Below, one piece after another: positions 39,738 through 53,582 of a stretch of 64,000 nt of DNA. Origin of the DNA: Leptogorgia sarmentosa. Lineage: Eukaryota. The first letter of the stretch is position 1, and each line of letters starts with the position of its first letter. The stretch covers positions 3,782,001 to 3,846,000 of the forward strand of contig OZ210885.1 of NCBI GenBank assembly GCA_964658305.1, written 5' to 3'. The position numbers and the translations under genes are program-made. The notes beneath the pieces were generated by a model. It had not been told where the DNA came from and did not search any database. It saw nothing but the letters and a program-made list of their open reading frames with translations.

Positions 39738-40079
39738 TTATTACTGCGAATCTGCAGTGAACTGCGATATAGGTATTTTACTGTTTTGCCATTGCATGCT
39801 TTTCCCTTTTACCTGAAACGCTTGACTTGAAAAAAGAATACTGGCGGATTATGGTGCGATTCTGTAAATTTACTCTCGCAGTATTGCGGTTGCATTGCGC
39901 ATTATAAATCCCAGCAAATATGCAATTACAGTTCGAAAAATATTCAAAACGGCAGCATGTTATGATACAATGTTTGTACCGATAAAATATACGAAGCTTT
40001 AGGCAGTCAATTTTCACATTCTACATCTCAGTATTCAGTAAGTGCGCAAATATTGCAATTTAAAAAACGACATCGACAA

Positions 40080-40890
40080 TTTAAAGTCATGGACAGAATA
40101 TGTTTTATGTAAGTGGTTTTATACAAAGGCAAACTTGGTCCTTGGAAAGCCGGATACTTCGACAGAGTTGAAGGAAGTCTTTAATATATGTCGCCCATGC
40201 AAGTTTGAATTCCCATGCAATTTGATATTCGGAATGCGATATATTCATGAAAGCTTATATCAAGTATTCAGCGCACAACCTTGCGTTTCAGGAATCAGTA
40301 TTTTCGGCCCGGAAAATCAGTCGCGCTATTTGCTAGGGGTATGCTATTTATACAGGCAAGGTAACACATATTCGGGACAAATCCAACAAGACGCGCATTG
40401 ACAAGTTTGTATCACCGCGCTGGTAGCATGCATGGGCGCACATACATGTACACCTTGTGTACCTATTGTATATTGAAAAGACCCCGGGTTTGGAAGATGG
40501 ATGAATACTTGTTCCCAAAACTTGTGAATTCTTTGATTGAATTTGGTCTTCTACTAAACTTTGTGTAGACTATTATGTTGTTACTATTGAATAAACTCAA
40601 TGTCTCGCGCGAGACAAAACAAACGAAATCATATATAGTTTCTACTTTCTAGTATTCTGTTTTGAACCTCTGCGCACACCGACCATATATATACATACAC
40701 TATAGCGTCTAGGAAAATGCTGCATGAATGGACAGAATATATTGTATGTAAATACATTATTATACTGTTTTGAAAACGGTAAATTTGGTTTTTAGAGAGC
40801 CACATTTTTCACAAACAATCGCAAAGCGCTGTCTCTATTTTAAAGACACAATAACATAAAATGCGATATCATATTTCGTCGAGTTTCAAT
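40080..40890 (+). repeat. Two further fragments of the HINE unit A family: a diverged 3' end finishing near 40468, and a middle piece at 40607-40890
   Basis: The terminal GGCGCACATACATGTACACCTTGTGTACCTATT matches the unit A 3' hairpin; 40607-40890 matches 29379-29656. Confidence 0.7.
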
Positions 40891-41479
40891 GTCAAATGTT
40901 TTTGTTTGTATGCCAAATGTGTAGATCTGAATACTAAATGTGTTGATCTGACTGGTTGCAAGTGTATTGATTTGAATGTGATGTTGAAAAGCGTTTCAAA
41001 AATTAAAAGAAATACAGCAAATACTAATCTATCTCTATAAGGATTTCAACCACAGAGTAAACTGCTGTAAACATAGTCTTGGCCTCAGTGGAGACATTGA
41101 GCTCGACATTGAGAACAACAAGTAGGACTCCAAACTCTCATCTGAAAGTAGGGGTTCTACAGGTACCAGCTCTCCTGCATCCGCACTTCAAGACATCGCA
41201 CGCATGTCGTCATTTCTGAGGGAAGTGTAAACTCCTGAGCAGGCGTCTTGTGCAATATCTAAAGTATGCTTTTAAAAATCAAGCATCCATCGCACAAAAA
41301 CATTCAAGGTTAAGTAGCTTGAAGCACTATCAGCTTCAGTTTGCGTCAGACTGCATCCACAACTTCCCCTGTTTATGATATTTAGAATATAATAATAATA
41401 ATAATCCATCGCACAAAAACATTCAAGTTCAATTAGTAGCTTGACGCAACAACTTCCCCTGCTTTATGCATTGGTATCC

Positions 41480-43192
41480 CTGCTAAAATTATTCGCATTG
41501 CTGCTCCTGTAGTTACAAATTCATTGACAAAAATTTTCAACATGGCCATTACAAGTGCAACTGTTCCTTCTGAGTGGAAAATCGCAAGAGTCACTCCCAT
41601 ATTTAAAAACGGCCCACGAAACCAATTAAACAACTATCGCCCGATTTCTATCCTCCCTGTTGTAAGTAAACTTTTCGAAAAAGTATTATGTGAACAACTC
41701 CAAGAGTATCTTGATACACAGGAGTTGTTGTCTCCCCGTCAATTTGGTTTTAGGAAGTTTCATTCTACAACCTCTGCTCTTTTAGATAGTACAAATGAAT
41801 GGTTCATTAATATGGACCGTGGTCTGTTTAATATAGCTCTTTTTCTGGACCTGCAAAAAGCGTTCGACACCATAAATCATGATATCCTGTTAGCGAAACT
41901 TAATCTTTATGGCCTACAGAAGCCATCATTAAACCTTTTAGAATCCTATTTAACGAATAGAACCCAAATGTGCTCCGTTAATGGCGCTCTCTCGGGCACG
42001 AAGTTGGTTACATGTGGAATCCCCCAAGGCTCAATTCTTGGCCCACTCTTATTCTTAATCTATGTAAATGATCTGCCTAACAGTTTGGAGTACTCGTCGA
42101 CAAGAATGTTTGCCGACGACACGGCTCTAACTGTATCTGGCAAATCAATTCAAGATGTAGAGGTGGCCATAAACCATGACCTTACCAACGTCAAACAATG
42201 GCTCTCTGCAAATAGATTATCTCTTAATCTTGTCAAAACTGAGTACCTATTGATAGGATCACGGTACAACATAAATAATTTACTTTCTGCTCCAAATGTA
42301 TTTGTTGGTGATACACCAATTAAAAGGGTCAAAGAAACAAAAGCACTTGGAGTTCATATTGACGAGTTTCTATCATGGGATAAGCATATTGATAAAATTG
42401 CTAAGAAGATCTCATCCGGCATCGGGGCGATCAGAAAGCTAAAATCTTGTGTGGATCACAATACATTAATATGTGCCTATAATGCACTTATACTACCACA
42501 CCTAGATTATTGTTGCGAAGTTTGGGATACCATTGGCGCTACACTTTCTGATCGACTCCAGAAACTACAAAATAGGGCAGCTAGAGTGATTACTGGCCGT
42601 AAAAACGAACACGGTCAATCTGAACTTGCTCTGGACGAATTGAAATGGAAACCTTTAAATGAGCGCAGAGCACATTTCGTAGCAAGTCTTATGTATAAAA
42701 TAACTCATGAACTAGCGCCAAAACGACTAATCGATCTTTTTCAAGGGACGCCTTCCTCTTATTACTACAATATGCGAGGCTCTTCCACCAAACTCTTTTT
42801 GCCCAAACCTAAGACTGAATATCTTAAAAAAAGTCTTAGCTACAGAGGAGCAAAATTGTGGAATAGCCTTCCAGATGAAGCAAGAAACAAATTTTCTCTT
42901 GCTTCATTTAATTCATATATACGTCACCTGGCCAATTAATTAATTAATTAGCTTATTAGAATTATTCAGCCTCTAGAATTTTATTAACATTAATTTAACA
43001 TGTAAACAATTATATATTAGCCGTATTTTGTAAATGTATTGTAATGTTTGTCAACAGTATTGTAATGCATGACCATAATTTGTATCAATTAATTGTATTT
43101 TTTTTAACTATCTAAATCTACGCCCCCCTTGGAAACCAGCTTTTGCTGTAGGGGTAAGCGTAGTCAAATAAAGTTTTACCTACCTACCTACC
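41480..43192 (+). mobile_element. 5'-truncated non-LTR retrotransposon (L2/CR1 group); RT-containing ORF2 open to 42939
   Basis: NYRPISIL, QFGFRK, FLDLQKAFDTINH, GIPQGSILGPLLF, FADD, LQKLQNRAARVI; 3' UTR stem-loop and AATAAA followed by a (TACC)n tail; no endonuclease domain. Confidence 0.93.
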
Positions 43193-43810
43193 GGTCAGTT
43201 GTAAATATAAGTTCGCTCGAACTCTGGACACAAGCCACAGAAGTACATTAACGCTGATATCAGAAGTTTGTTGGAGGGAAATTCAAGAAGAAATATTGTG
43301 ATCAGATTGGTGAGATATATGGTAAGACTTTTCTATCATATATGCATATGCAGTTGTTTCTGAAATCATATCTCTGTTCAATTCTGGACGTAGTCTCTAG
43401 TCCTAATCTGAAATTATATAGCAAGTATTCGTCTTGATGAATCGGGCAATGTAATTGGTTCATTTGAGGTCCGTATTTCGCGTGGTGCCCTGTGCTGTCG
43501 AAATTTTTAATGCACTACGAAACGAAACAGAAAATAATAGAAAAAATACGAAAGGCCCTGTCACACGATATATCGTTTGCTGCAAATTGCGTTCTAAGTT
43601 GCGAGAAATAGCCTCGTAAAAGGAGCTTAAACGGACGAAAATGGCTCAAATTATACTATACCTGACGTTATAGCGTTCATTTTTGAAGAAAATATAATGT
43701 TTATAACAAATATTTATTAAATACGAAATAGTAAAGTATACTTTTTACCTAAAAGTAAGCAAAGTATAGCTATTGTATTGTATAGTCATTTGTGTTAATG
43801 TGATGGACAA
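43193..43810 (+). repeat. Segmental-duplication block upstream of FReD copy 3, paralogous to 60211-60818 upstream of copy 5
   Basis: Direct high-identity match, e.g. ATAAGTTCGCTCGAACTCTGGACACAAG...GTAGTCATTTGTGTTAATGTGATG. Confidence 0.9.
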
Positions 43811-45631
43811 TGATAACAATGTCTCGAAGTTCGAACATGGACGCCGGAATTAGAGAGGCATGGGGGCGGCTACTCTTGCCCTCTGACATTGGGGGGACAG
43901 GGACTCTTTAGATTTTAAACGGACATTTGTTTTATTTTCTTTGTTGGGAAACTGGTGTCGATTAATCAGGTACTTGTGATGTTTGACAGGATTTGATGTT
44001 TTCCTTCAGCGAGTTAAACTGCATAAACAGTGGTTCGGTTTCACAAATTTTATTTAACGTATATACTTTAACAATAATCGCGCTGGTACGCACTGAACAC
44101 TCAATACCAACACACCTACATGAGCGTTGTACATTGAATAATCAATACTTGGCTACTTATTGTTTTTTGACATGAATTTTTAATCTTTTCATCTTTGGCA
44201 TTCTACTTAATCTACTATATATGTTTTTGCCAAGTTTACGTCAATAACAGAAAAATATTTAAATCCAAACATTTGCAACAGGATTGTTTGGACGTTCGTC
44301 CAATTTTGGCAAAATTTCCAAACATCTCCCAAATGCTATTAATCCTTATTTAGGGGCTGTTTACATGAGCCCTACAGGGAGGGCTAGCCCTATTAGGCGA
44401 GATCCCGCGTGCTAATTGAAATCCTAATAAAAAATTGTTTACGTTTACATGAGAAGAGGGCCAGCCCTCCTAGGCGAGATCTCGCTATTCTGTACCCGAG
44501 ATCTCGCCTAGTAGGGATGAAAATTGCCCATATAAACGCAACAAAGGGGGCTGGCCCTCCCAGTAGGGCTGAGTAAAAAGGCGCCGTATCCGAGTCAAAC
44601 TTACGTTTTTCAAGTTTGTTTCGTTTAAAATATTTAGCCCTATGACAATATATTCAATTGTCTGCTGTTTAATGTTCGAACATTAATTTGCTTAAGCAAA
44701 ATATCATTTTCGACTGCGTACTAAAATAAATGAGTTGTGGGAAGCCATTTATTATATAATTGGCCATATCTCTGGTTTTACGCACCCAATAAGGACAAAA
44801 ATACGCTCATTTTATTCAGCGTATATATATATAATTATCTAAGCAATGTTCATATATATATACAGTGCAATACAAGGAAAATATATTGACTTGAAGGCAT
44901 TGAAATATATATCGCAGGAAAATGTGACACAGAATACTAATTAGATGCATATTTTCAACCTTTAGTTCGATCATAACTCTGCAACCACTGATCTCCAGTT
45001 CTTCGGAGTAGTACCAATGAAATCGCCGTAGAAAATATTTACAAGGGTATAGGTAAAAAAGTCTTCGAGAACCGGCCGTGTTTTTACATGTCGCGTGCGA
45101 GTCAACCGGAAGTGACTTTATCCAAGACTGAAAAACATACGAATAACGCCCCCCATGTAATCAAAGGCCCCGGAAATCGATTCTACAGGCCGATTACCCG
45201 GTATGGCATGTTTTCCACGAGTTTCAGACTATTGCGCAACCTGATTTATCCAGTTTCAGTAAATGCCGTGCGCATGCGGAAATTTCCGACAATTACAAAA
45301 AAGCTTGTAGAAATGTTATTATTAGTGCAAATAACACAGGTTTCATGACTATGCAGCTTCAAGGAGAAATAAGGACATGGATTTCAAGATATTGGACTCT
45401 GTTATGCCCAGATATATGCTAATTGCCGTACTATTCCGACGATAAATCTTTATTATTTTTTTTCTGTTGTGTTTTAACTAGCATACGACCCACCGTTCGA
45501 AAGATCATTTTATTAGGATTTCAATGGTGTTTGTCTTTATTTCGTGCGGTTTATACTCAGTGAAAAAAAATAAGAATATAAAATTTGTATTTCAACTTCC
45601 GGAATTTTGTTGGAGCGATATTAATAGACTT

Positions 45632-45967
45632 CAGTGGCGTGCTGGCAGGGGGTGCATGGCCCCCCAGCAAGAACGGTTTTATGGGGCGCCAAAGTTGCAT
45701 AATGGGCGCCATATTTGTCCCGAAATAGAAAAACAATCACAAAGCAAATGAGAAGTCCAACAGTTTGCGAAGACCCGTGGCTGTACAATTAATTTGTTAA
45801 AATCCTGCAGATTAGTGCACATAGCACAATCACACATCCAGGACTTCGACACAACGCTTATACAAATACTGCACGCTCTAATACTCCGGGTCGGGGGGGA
45901 GGTCGCCAAATGAGATTCAGTTTGCCGCTTGGCCTCCCCTGCCAAAAAATGCCAGCACGCGCCATTG
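45632..45967. mobile_element. hAT-type MITE
   Basis: TIR CAGTGGCGTGCTGGCA / TGCCAGCACGCGCCATTG; 8-bp TSD ATAGACTT. Confidence 0.85.
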
Positions 45968-46780
45968 ATAGACTTTAGCAATTGACTTATGGAAACCCTG
46001 CGATGATAATCTTCCAACTTGGGTGGGACTGTATAGACTCGAGAACGCGACAACCAGTAATATTATACACGCTTTATTTAAGAAGTACTACACATTGCAC
46101 TCTAATGCTCTAAAAACATCGTATGATTTGAGGTTACATGCTTATATTTATAGTAAAGTTATTGGAAGAAAATAATTAAATGCTCACGTTAAAGGAAGAT
46201 AGTACCCAAGCTACTACCTGCCTGTAGGAAGAACATTCTTTTCTAACTTTAGCTATCTATGGGAACAAATTAGCATATTTTGCGTTCGAAGGAAGAACAT
46301 GTCAATCAAGGCAATGCGCAGGCATTGTTACAATATCCCCTTGAATGGCAAAAGACCCACACTAATATATTCTCTCTATATATCATATTATCATTTATGA
46401 CCTATACTTAGCACCTAAATGCTGGGACTTATTTATAGACGCGCGCATTCCTTAATTTGCGCGACAGCAATTATTAAAGGATACCGAGGATTGCGTCATT
46501 CATATTCACCAGAATTTTCCATGCAGGAAAACTGTTACTGTGCAGGACTGTCTGGGACTACACGGCTATTGACCAATCAAATTGCGTGTTCCACTGTAGT
46601 TATTATGTAATCAATTTCCACATTCAAAGCCCGTTTTGATAACGCACCTCGTGCATTATGGTTAAAATGATTGAGTTTACGCTCAACAACGTGTAAAGAA
46701 ATCCGTGCAGAAAACGTGAAAACATATAAACCTTTGCGTGCGCTTGCTAAAATAAAAAATGCTTTCTGTTATAGTTACGA

Positions 46781-48820
46781 ATGGCAAATTTGGTTCGACT
46801 GACGTTTCTCTTCTTAGCCGCTTTTGTGGCTTGTTCAAGGTAAGAAATGTGTAGATTTTTTTACTTGGTCATGTGGAATACAAATCAGACTTACATGTTC
46901 GAAGCTGAATATTTATGCTAAAATCTGTGTTAATATTTAAACAAATCACTCCCACCCGAAAGGTGTACCAGCTCACTTGAGTTGAAGGCGAATTAATACA
47001 ATATGTAAAGTTGTTTTGTAATCTAAATATGAAGTGAGAATAGGAATTAAAGTAGCCACTAAAAACAGGTGGCGCATCAGTCGATCGCCCAGTGCGCCCG
47101 ACTGGCCAGTTAGCCTCTGATGGCGCCAATCTTCTGCATGCCTCTTTATTTGAAGTATACAAAACTATTGTTCCAAACTTGGGGCTTGGCCGCATAGCGC
47201 CAGAAATGCCAAATAGATGACTTCTTTTTTTCGTTATAAAATTTGTGACAAGTTACGCAATCATGAGCTCTACACCGAAGGAATTTCTTTGTTTTTTTCC
47301 AGAGGACAGGCTAACATACTGGCTCTTTTGAACAAAATAAATGCCAAAATTGATGGGTTGGAGAAAATAGTTCAGAGTCCATGCCATGCGCTCGGTAAGT
47401 CACTGTTGGTAACATTTGAATTTCGTGCGACTTCACTCGATGTAGAAAATCAGTTTTTGCAGCATTACTGGAAATTATAACATTCCACGTTGGTTTGTTT
47501 GCTGCAAAAGATCCGATCCCGACAATTAAATTCTTCTCAAGTTTTCATATCCATCAAAATTACATGCTATTCAATATTAATCCAGCTTATATTTTTTGGA
47601 ACAATTTGTGAAAACCAATTTCCCGCTATTTCCGTAGACTAAGTGCCCGTTCGGGCTTTACCTTCAATTTGACCGCAGTGATTCTCTTATAAGCTTGCCT
47701 TTTTATTACAGGAAAGGATTGCGCTGATCTATTTAAGAAAGGTCACACCACAAATGGTGTTTATTCCATTGATCCAGACGGCAAAGGCGCATTTAGAGTA
47801 AGATGTGATATGACGACATCAGGAGGAGGTTGGACGATCATTCAAAGACGTGTTGATGGTAGTGTAGATTTCTACCGCAACTGGAAAGATTACAAAAATG
47901 GTTTTGGTGATCCAACAGGCGAATATTGGCTTGGTCTGGACAAAATCAACCGACTGACAAATGTCGGTAGAAAAGTTATTCGATTTGACCTTTGGGACAC
48001 AACAGGAGTGACAAAATACGCTGTATACAACTTCTTTGCCATCGCTTCAGAAAATGTCAAATACAAATTGAGTTTGGGCACATATTCAGGTATAAATATA
48101 CTTAAATTTACCTATTAAACAAATAAATTGAGTAATTTGATCTACCCAAGGCCGTAATTAACAAGTGCGTTAATTGAGGGAGGGGGGAGGGGGGGGGAGT
48201 GTATATTTATATAAATCATGAATATACGAATGTGCACCCCCCCCCCCCCCGCTCCAACCAACGGTCTAGTTATGGCCCTGGATCTACCGAGAAAGTGCTT
48301 TACAATATGCGTCGTTGATAGAAAAAATATGTTCCAAACATTTTGAAGTAGAATTGGGGAGAGAAATTTTGGTGAAATAAGATATAGAAGTTGCAAGACG
48401 TCTAATGCCGAGGTTATTTTTATATTTCGGGAGGGAAGGTGTCAATGAGATCATGATATAGCTGAAGGTCATGCGTAGCTTGCGTTTTGTGTGAAATATA
48501 GCTAGTTACCGTGGGAGATCAGTTCAGAAGATTCTCAAAATCTTTTTAAACTTGTAGGAACGGCTGGCGACTCTTTTGGAGCCCAACGTGGCATGGCCTT
48601 CAGCACTCGTGACGTAGATAACGATACTTGGGGAAGTAGTTGTGCCGTGACCTACAAAGGAGCCTGGTGGTATGCCGCTTGCCACGCGTCAAATCTGAAT
48701 GGCTTTTATTACCTTGGCACGCACACGTCGTACGCTGATGGCGTGAACTGGCAGACGTGGAAGGGATACAAATATTCATTGAGGAAAACTGAAATGAAAC
48801 TCAGACCAACTGGATTCTAA
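46781..48820 (+). CDS. Secreted FReD lectin copy 3, about 263 aa; exons 46781-46839, 47303-47394, 47712-48089, 48558-48820
   Basis: Signal peptide MANLVRLTFLFLAAFVACSR, linker GQANILALLNKINAKIDGLEKIVQSPCHAL, complete FReD; GT-AG introns, 792 nt in frame. Confidence 0.93.
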
Positions 48821-49517
48821 CATGCATGTGAAGTTTTGATCTTCACGAGCTATTATTAGTAATGAAAGTATTACAGTGATATAGTCATCTTTCTTATAAA
48901 ATTGCAAGTTGAAATGTGTAAGTTGTAACTGGTGTCTTTTTTGAAATGTAGTTCAATAAATCTTTGTTCAAACACTCAATAATTCGTATCCAGTTTTTTG
49001 TCCATAATATCCACGTTATCAGGCTTTTTGATAATGGAAAGAATTTGACACATCCTTCAAGCCGTATGGATTACTATTATTGAACTATTTAACTATTCTT
49101 TTGAGACAGATTTTTGAGGACTGCACCATTTTAATCTTGACATTGAGGTTGAACGAGCAAAGGCTTTAAAAAATCGCGAAAATCCTATCCACCTGTCGAA
49201 ACGTATATTCTACAAAGCCATCGTCAAACGAGGTGCAAGTAATCGCAAGTTTTAACTTCTGGGCCATGGAAACGAGCGGAGCGAATGATCTGAAGTTGGA
49301 TAAGCGTGGACGTTGGAGTCAAATTGTTTGTATCATGAGCTGTTCGTTGATTTTGTTGATTTACCTGATTAGAAGATATGTTGCTTTCTAGATATTGCAA
49401 TTGGTGATTTCACAATCAAGCCTTTATAAACATTCAAACAAACTTTATTATCGCATTGACTGTGGAACAAATTCGAATTAATTTGGAATGCATACAAATC
49501 AAATCCTCGCTACTACG

Positions 49518-49851
49518 CATAGGCGTACGAGGGGGGGGGGGGGCAAGGGGAGCAACTGCCCCCAAAAAAAATCAAATTGGAAAATTCGGGCACTGCTTTT
49601 GAGCATAATTCGGGCTAAAATCTGAGGAATAAGGTAATGTCAACAATCCTTCAGTCGTTCACCTGAACGAGCGTACCAAGAAAGTGGAGTTAGGACTCTG
49701 AAATCGCCGTTTGCGGCAATCCAGAGGTTGTAAAAGTTCAAAAGTTTCTCGCTCGGCGCCAACCATGGTGGCGCCTCCTGACATTCGCTACCCTCAAATT
49801 CGGGCAAAGATCTTTCTGTCCCCCTGAAAAAATGCAGCCCGTACGCTTATG
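49518..49851. mobile_element. hAT-type MITE; second copy inverted at 58398-58730
   Basis: TIR CATAGGCGTACG / CGTACGCTTATG; TSD CTACTACG/CTATTACG. Confidence 0.85.
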
Positions 49852-50249
49852 CTATTACGTTTACGCACTTTTTGACTCATTGTTGAGTTAAAGCTTTCAA
49901 ATCCGAATATGCGGCACTAGCGCCTGAGTTCAAAGGGTAGCGATTTTTGGGACACATGCACTCAATGTATTTATTACAAATAATTATATATACCTAAAAA
50001 CTTGTATTATAATCGAGAAGTCAAGAATTTACAAGGCTACCGCAGTTAATGACTTCTCCGTTTTAGCGTTGCGTCGACACGTGAACGGCGTTTTTGGCAA
50101 CCGAAAACGGGGGTTTTCAAAAACGATGGCGTTGTGATAGGTTAAAGTTAGCTAGCTACAACCCAAGACATTAATAGTTGTGACACTGCCAATATTAATA
50201 TACGTATGAAGTGTAACCTTCATCTATGTTTCCCCCTTCCCTCCACCCA

Positions 50250-51617
50250 GTCCAACACCCACCTGATGTCGTCATATCACATCTTACTCTAAATGCGCCT
50301 TTGGCATCTGGATCAATGGAATAAACACCATTTGTTCTGTGACCTTTCTTATAAAGATGAGCGCAATCCCTTCCTGTAAAAAAAGGCAAGCTTATGAGCG
50401 AAATACCGCGGTTAAATTGAAGGTAAAGCCCGAACGCGCACTGAGTCTGCGGAAATAGCGCGAAATGGGTTTCACGAATTCTTCCAAAAAATATAGGCTA
50501 GATTAATATTGAATAGCATGTAATTTTGATGGATATGAAAACTTGAAAAGAATTCGTCAGGATCCTTTGCAGGAATCAAACCTGTGTAATGCCGGTTGAC
50601 TGCTGTGACCACTAAGCTACGCAGGTAGCTCGCTGGAGCAAGCGTAAAAATTATCGTTTCTTGCTGGAGGACCTTATAGTTTTTCAAGCATTCCAACATT
50701 TATATAATTATATAATTACTTCTCAGTGGAATGTTATAATTTCCAATAACCCTGCCAAAACTGATTTTCTACATTGCGTGAACGGTCGCACAAAATTCAA
50801 ATGTTACCAACAGTAACTTACCGAGCGCATGGCATGGACTCTAAATTATTTTTTCCAACCCATCAATTTTGGCATTCATTTTGTTCAAAAGAGCCGGTAT
50901 TTTAGACTGGATGCGCTCCGGAAAAAACAAAGAATTCCTTCGGTGTATTACTGCATCTTGCTTCGAACTCATCATCACGCCACTCGACGCAAATTTCATG
51001 ACAGCAAAAAAAGTGATCTAATTAGAATTTCTGGCGCTATGCGGCCAAGCCCTAAAAGTTCGCCCCACGTCTGGGTCAATAGTTTTGCCAATAAACAAGC
51101 ATGCAGAACATTGGCGCCATCAGAGGCTAACTGGCCAGTCGGGCGCACTGGGCGATCGACTGATGCGCCACCTGTTTTTAGTGGCTACTTTCCTATGCCC
51201 TTCCAGCGCATTGAAAATTGGAAGTAACATTTTTGATAAGTAGGCATGGTTTGCATTATGTGCAACTTTCAGTTACTTTGAGAGACCAGGAAGGGGGAGT
51301 GGTTTGCATGTTTTTCCAGGCTTCCTTTTTGCAGAATCGCCCAGACCCCCGAAATAGCCCATCCGCTCCAGGGCGCCATCACACAGAATTATATTCATTT
51401 GCAAGGATTGGGGGGAAGGAGACAAGTAACGCAGGAAAAACTTTGGCATCGGTGGTTTGTTTAAATGTTAACAAAGATTTAGCATAAATATTCAGCTTTC
51501 AACATGTGGTTTGTATTCCACATAACCCAGTAAAAAATCTACACATTTCTTACCTTGAACAAGCCACAATAGCGGCTAAGCAGAGAAACGTCAATCGAAC
51601 CAATTGAAATTTGCCAT
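50250..51617 (-). pseudogene. Inverted, truncated FReD pseudogene (exon 1, exon 2 and the first 124 nt of exon 3)
   Basis: Reverse-complement match to exons and introns of copies 3-5; a 5-bp insertion in exon 1 gives MANFNWFD-stop; homology stops after MTTSGGCW. Confidence 0.9.
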
Positions 51618-52148
51618 TCCTAACTATAACAGAAATCATGTATGCGCGAATATAGTATTTCCAGTATTTGCAAATAGAATACATGTACCGGGTGGCGCAA
51701 AAAAAAGTACAACTGTTTGATTACTTATAGGTCAGAAACCATAAGCAGTAGAACCGTAAAATTGAGTTTCATTGCATCCAGCGATGTCTAACTTAAATTT
51801 TGGTATATTCGACAGGCATTTTCGTCCAAGTTTGACTGAGATATGAGAGTTTAAACTTTTGTGAACAATTTTGAAACGGTCACAAATTAGCTAAAAACGG
51901 CCTATTCACATGCGTCGAAAGGACAGGAACCTCCGAACCTTTCTGTTAAAGTTACGAATGGCAAATTTGGTTCGATTGACGTTTCTCTTCTTAGCCGCTA
52001 TTGTGGCTTGTTCAAGGTAAGAAATGTGTAGATTTTTTTACTTGGTTATGTGGAATGCAAATCAGAGTCACATGTTCAAAGCTGAATATTAATGCTAAAA
52101 TCTGTGTTAATATTTGAACAAACCACTCCCACCCGAAAAGTAATCTAA

Positions 52149-52347
52149 GACCCCGTTCACACGGTACTGGAAACACTTGGTCATCAAATTTAATAGTTTC
52201 AAGACGAGTGTGGCTCTTAAATCTCTGGTAATATTACAGAACTTAATAACAACTATAAACATAGAAAAGTGGTAGGACTGAAAATAACCGTAAACTCACC
52301 GAAATCATTGTCGTGACTACGTGAACCTGGTACCGTGTGAACGGGGT
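52149..52347. mobile_element. MITE in intron 1 of FReD copy 4
   Basis: TIR ACCCCGTTCACACGGTAC / GTACCGTGTGAACGGGGT; absent from the paralogous introns. Confidence 0.75.
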
Positions 52348-53582
52348 ACCTGAATAATTATCAAGTGAGAACTGACCTTTGCAGTATGCTGATGTCAAAG
52401 TCCTACGTTGCTTGTCTCCTTCCCCCAATCCTTGCAAATGAATATAACCCTGTGTGATGGCGCCCAGGAGCGGATGGGCTATTTCGGGGGTCTGGGCGAT
52501 TCTGCAAAAAAGAAGCCTGCAAACACACTTCCTGGTCTCTCAAAGTAACTGAAAGTTGCACATAATGCAAACCATGCCTACTCATCAAAAATGTTACATC
52601 CAATTTTCAATGCGCTGGAAGGGCATAGGAAAGTAGCCAATTAAAAACAAGTTGCCCATCAGTCGATCGCCCAGTGTGCCCGACTGGCCAGTTAGCCTCT
52701 GATGGCGCCAATGTTCTGCATGCCTGTTTATTTGAAGTATACAAAACTATTCATCCAGACTTGGGGCTTGGCCGCATAGCGCCAGAAATGCTAATTAGAT
52801 GACTTCTTTTTTCCGTTATAAAATTTGTGACAAGTGACGCAATCGTGAGCTCTACACCGAAGGAATTTCTTTGTTTTTTCCAGAGGACAGGCTAACATAC
52901 TGGCTCTTTGGAACAAAATGAATGCCAAAATTGATGGGTTGGAGAAAATAGTTCAGAGTCCATGCCATGCGCTCGGTAAGTCACTGTTGGTAACATTTGA
53001 ATTTTGTGCGACTTCACTCGATGAAGAAAATCAGTTTTTGCAGCATTACTGGAAATTATAACATTCCACGCTGGTTTGTTTGATGCAAAAGATCCGATCC
53101 CGACGAATTCTTCTCAAATTTTCATGTCCATCAAAATTACATGCCATTCAATATTAATTCAGCCTATATTTTTTGGAAGAATTTGTGAAAACCAATTTCC
53201 CGCTATTTCCGTAGACTAAGTGCGCGTTCGGGCTTTACCTTCAATTTGACCGCAGTGTTTCTCTTATAAGCTTGCCTTTTTATTACAGGAAAGGATTGCG
53301 CTGATCTATTTAAGAAAGGTCACACCACAAATGGTGTTTATTCCATTGATCCAGACGGCAAAGGCGCATTTAGAGTAAGATGTGATATGACGACATCAGG
53401 AGGAGGTTGGACGATCATTCAAAGACGTGTTGATGGTAGTGTAGATTTCTACCGCAACTGGAAAGATTACAAAAATGGTTTTGGTGATCCAACAGGCGAA
53501 TATTGGCTTGGTCTAGACAAAATCAACCGACTAACAAATGCCGGTACAAAAGTTATTCGATTTGACCTTTGGGACACAACAG

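Noticed and set aside
40080..40890. Apparent circular permutation of HINE fragments suggesting integration of a circular intermediate
   Set aside because: The first fragment is more diverged and its similarity extends upstream past the supposed breakpoint, so two independent fragments explain it better.
50829..52603. Recurring ORFs such as MRPSPK... and MEITFLISRHG... (also at 46869, 61306 and 61698)
   Set aside because: They lie in duplicated intron 1 of the FReD copies, and their frames and lengths are not conserved between copies.
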